In this document: positions 62,392-64,000 of the stretch, one piece after another
Numbering within the stretch: position 1 is the stretch's first letter
Layout of the letters: each line of letters opens with the position of its first letter
NCBI RefSeq assembly: GCF_003334305.1
Contig: NZ_QOWS01000002.1
Direction: 5' to 3' (one strand)
From: Escherichia coli
Lineage (GTDB): Bacteria > Pseudomonadota > Gammaproteobacteria > Enterobacterales > Enterobacteriaceae
Length of the DNA stretch: 64,000 bases
Translations under genes and position numbers: made by a program
Notes under the pieces: model-generated
The model's input: only the letters and a program-made list of their open reading frames with translations
Told to the model about the DNA's origin: nothing
Databases searched by the model: none

Positions 62392-62426
62392 CGTACTAGT
62401 TAACTGGTTCGATGATTAATTGTCAA
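62392..62426 (-). promoter_or_regulatory. trp promoter with -35 TTGACA, -10 TTAACT and TrpR operator
   Basis: Minus strand reads TGTTGACAATTAATCATCGAACCAGTTAACTAGTACGCAAG; operator half-site differs by one base from the canonical sequence as I recall it. Confidence 0.85.
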
Positions 62427-62501
62427 CAGCTCATTTCAGAATATTTGCCAGAACCGTTATGATGTCGGCGCAAAAAAAATTATCCAGAACGGGAGTGCGC
62501 C

Positions 62502-63383
62502 TTGAGCGACACGAATTATGCAGTGATTTACGACCTGCACAGCCATACCACAGCTTCCGATGGCTGCCTGACGCCAGAAGCATTGGTGCACCGTGCAGTC
62601 GAGATGCGCGTCGGCACCCTGGCGATCACCGACCATGACACCACAGCTGCAATCGCGCCAGCAAGAGAGGAAATTTCACGTTCGGGACTGGCGTTGAATC
62701 TTATTCCCGGCGTGGAAATTTCCACGGTCTGGGAAAATCATGAAATTCATATTGTCGGGCTGAATATTGATATTACTCATCCGCTAATGTGTGAGTTCCT
62801 CGCGCAGCAGACAGAACGGCGCAATCAGCGGGCGCAGCTGATTGCCGAAAGACTTGAAAAAGCGCAAATACCTGGGGCGCTGGAAGGCGCACAACGACTG
62901 GCGCAGGGCGGCGCAGTGACGCGCGGTCATTTTGCGCGTTTCCTTGTTGAGTGCGGCAAAGCCAGTTCAATGGCGGATGTCTTTAAAAAGTATCTGGCGC
63001 GCGGGAAAACCGGATACGTTCCGCCACAGTGGTGTACAATAGAACAAGCTATTGATGTCATTCATCATTCTGGCGGTAAGGCGGTGCTAGCTCATCCTGG
63101 GCGGTACAATCTTAGTGCTAAATGGCTGAAAAGATTGGTTGCGCATTTTGCCGAACACCACGGTGACGCGATGGAAGTCGCGCAGTGCCAGCAATCGCCC
63201 AATGAACGTACCCAGCTGGCGGCCCTTGCGCGTCAGCATCATTTATGGGCATCACAAGGATCTGATTTTCATCAGCCATGCCCGTGGATCGAACTGGGTC
63301 GTAAACTCTGGCTGCCCGCAGGCGTTGAAGGCGTCTGGCAGCTATGGGAACAGCCGCAGAACACCACAGAGAGGGAATTATGA
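62502..63383 (+). CDS. yciV: PHP-domain 5'-3' exoribonuclease YciV (TrpH)
   Basis: Track ORF 293 aa starting at TTG, MSDTNYAVIYDLHSHTTASDG... with PHP His motifs. Confidence 0.88.
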   Translation: MSDTNYAVIYDLHSHTTASDGCLTPEALVHRAVEMRVGTLAITDHDTTAAIAPAREEISRSGLALNLIPGVEISTVWENHEIHIVGLNIDITHPLMCEFLAQQTERRNQRAQLIAERLEKAQIPGALEGAQRLAQGGAVTRGHFARFLVECGKASSMADVFKKYLARGKTGYVPPQWCTIEQAIDVIHHSGGKAVLAHPGRYNLSAKWLKRLVAHFAEHHGDAMEVAQCQQSPNERTQLAALARQHHLWASQGSDFHQPCPWIELGRKLWLPAGVEGVWQLWEQPQNTTEREL

Positions 63384-64000
63384 GCCAGTTTTTTTATATT
63401 CATCCTGATAACCCACAGCAACGTCTGATCAACCAGGCGGTGGAGATCGTGCGTAAAGGCGGGGTGATTGTTTATCCAACTGATTCCGGCTATGCGCTCG
63501 GCTGTAAAATTGAAGATAAAAACGCGATGGAGCGTATTTGTCGTATTCGCCAGCTGCCGGACGGTCACAACTTTACCCTGATGTGTCGCGATCTTTCTGA
63601 ACTCTCGACCTATTCATTTGTTGATAACGTTGCGTTTCGTTTAATGAAAAACAACACGCCGGGCAACTATACCTTCATCTTGAAGGGGACGAAGGAAGTG
63701 CCACGCCGTCTGTTGCAGGAAAAACGCAAAACCATCGGTATGCGTGTGCCTTCTAACCCGATTGCGCAGGCGTTGCTTGAAGCACTGGGCGAACCGATGC
63801 TTTCCACTTCGCTAATGCTGCCAGGCAGCGAATTTACCGAATCCGATCCCGAAGAAATTAAAGACCGTCTGGAAAAACAGGTAGATTTGATTATTCACGG
63901 CGGCTATCTCGGGCAGAAACCGACAACGGTTATTGATCTTACCGATGATACGCCGGTCGTGGTGCGTGAAGGCGTAGGTGATGTGAAGCCTTTCTTATAA
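63380..64000 (+). CDS. yciO: YciO, Sua5/YrdC-fold RNA-binding protein
   Basis: Track ORF trimmed to ATG at 63380 giving MSQFFYIHPDNPQQRLINQAVEIVRKGG..., 206 aa; stop is the last codon of the window; ATGA overlap with yciV. Confidence 0.9.
   Translation: MSQFFYIHPDNPQQRLINQAVEIVRKGGVIVYPTDSGYALGCKIEDKNAMERICRIRQLPDGHNFTLMCRDLSELSTYSFVDNVAFRLMKNNTPGNYTFILKGTKEVPRRLLQEKRKTIGMRVPSNPIAQALLEALGEPMLSTSLMLPGSEFTESDPEEIKDRLEKQVDLIIHGGYLGQKPTTVIDLTDDTPVVVREGVGDVKPFL

Overview
This window is an ordinary, syntenic stretch of Escherichia coli core chromosome running from ychF to yciO (the kdsA-cha-nar-tyrT-hns-adhE-opp-tonB-trp neighbourhood); I found no novel or undescribed system in it. Gene calls rest on the supplied six-frame track plus my recognition of well-known protein sequences, with several starts trimmed to internal ATG/GTG/TTG codons where the track ORF over-extends. 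About 60 protein genes are supported, including pth, prs, ispE, lolB, hemA-prfA-prmC, kdsA, chaABC, narXL, narK, narGHJI, purU, rssAB, galU, hns, tdk, adhE, oppABCDF, clsA, kch, tonB, ompW, yciEFG and trpLEDCBA. There is one tRNA-Tyr gene with its stringent-type promoter and a downstream rtT-like repeat, and two tandem LDR units each encoding a 35-aa Ldr type I toxin. I saw no CRISPR array, IS element, prophage or integrase. The points worth a second look are all differences from the K-12 reference as I remember it, not checked by alignment: two LDR units where K-12 has three, one tRNA-Tyr where K-12 has tyrT-tyrV, a compact tdk-adhE spacer, and a single-base change in the trp operator palindrome. 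These fit a non-K-12 E. coli strain or collapsed repeats in assembly.
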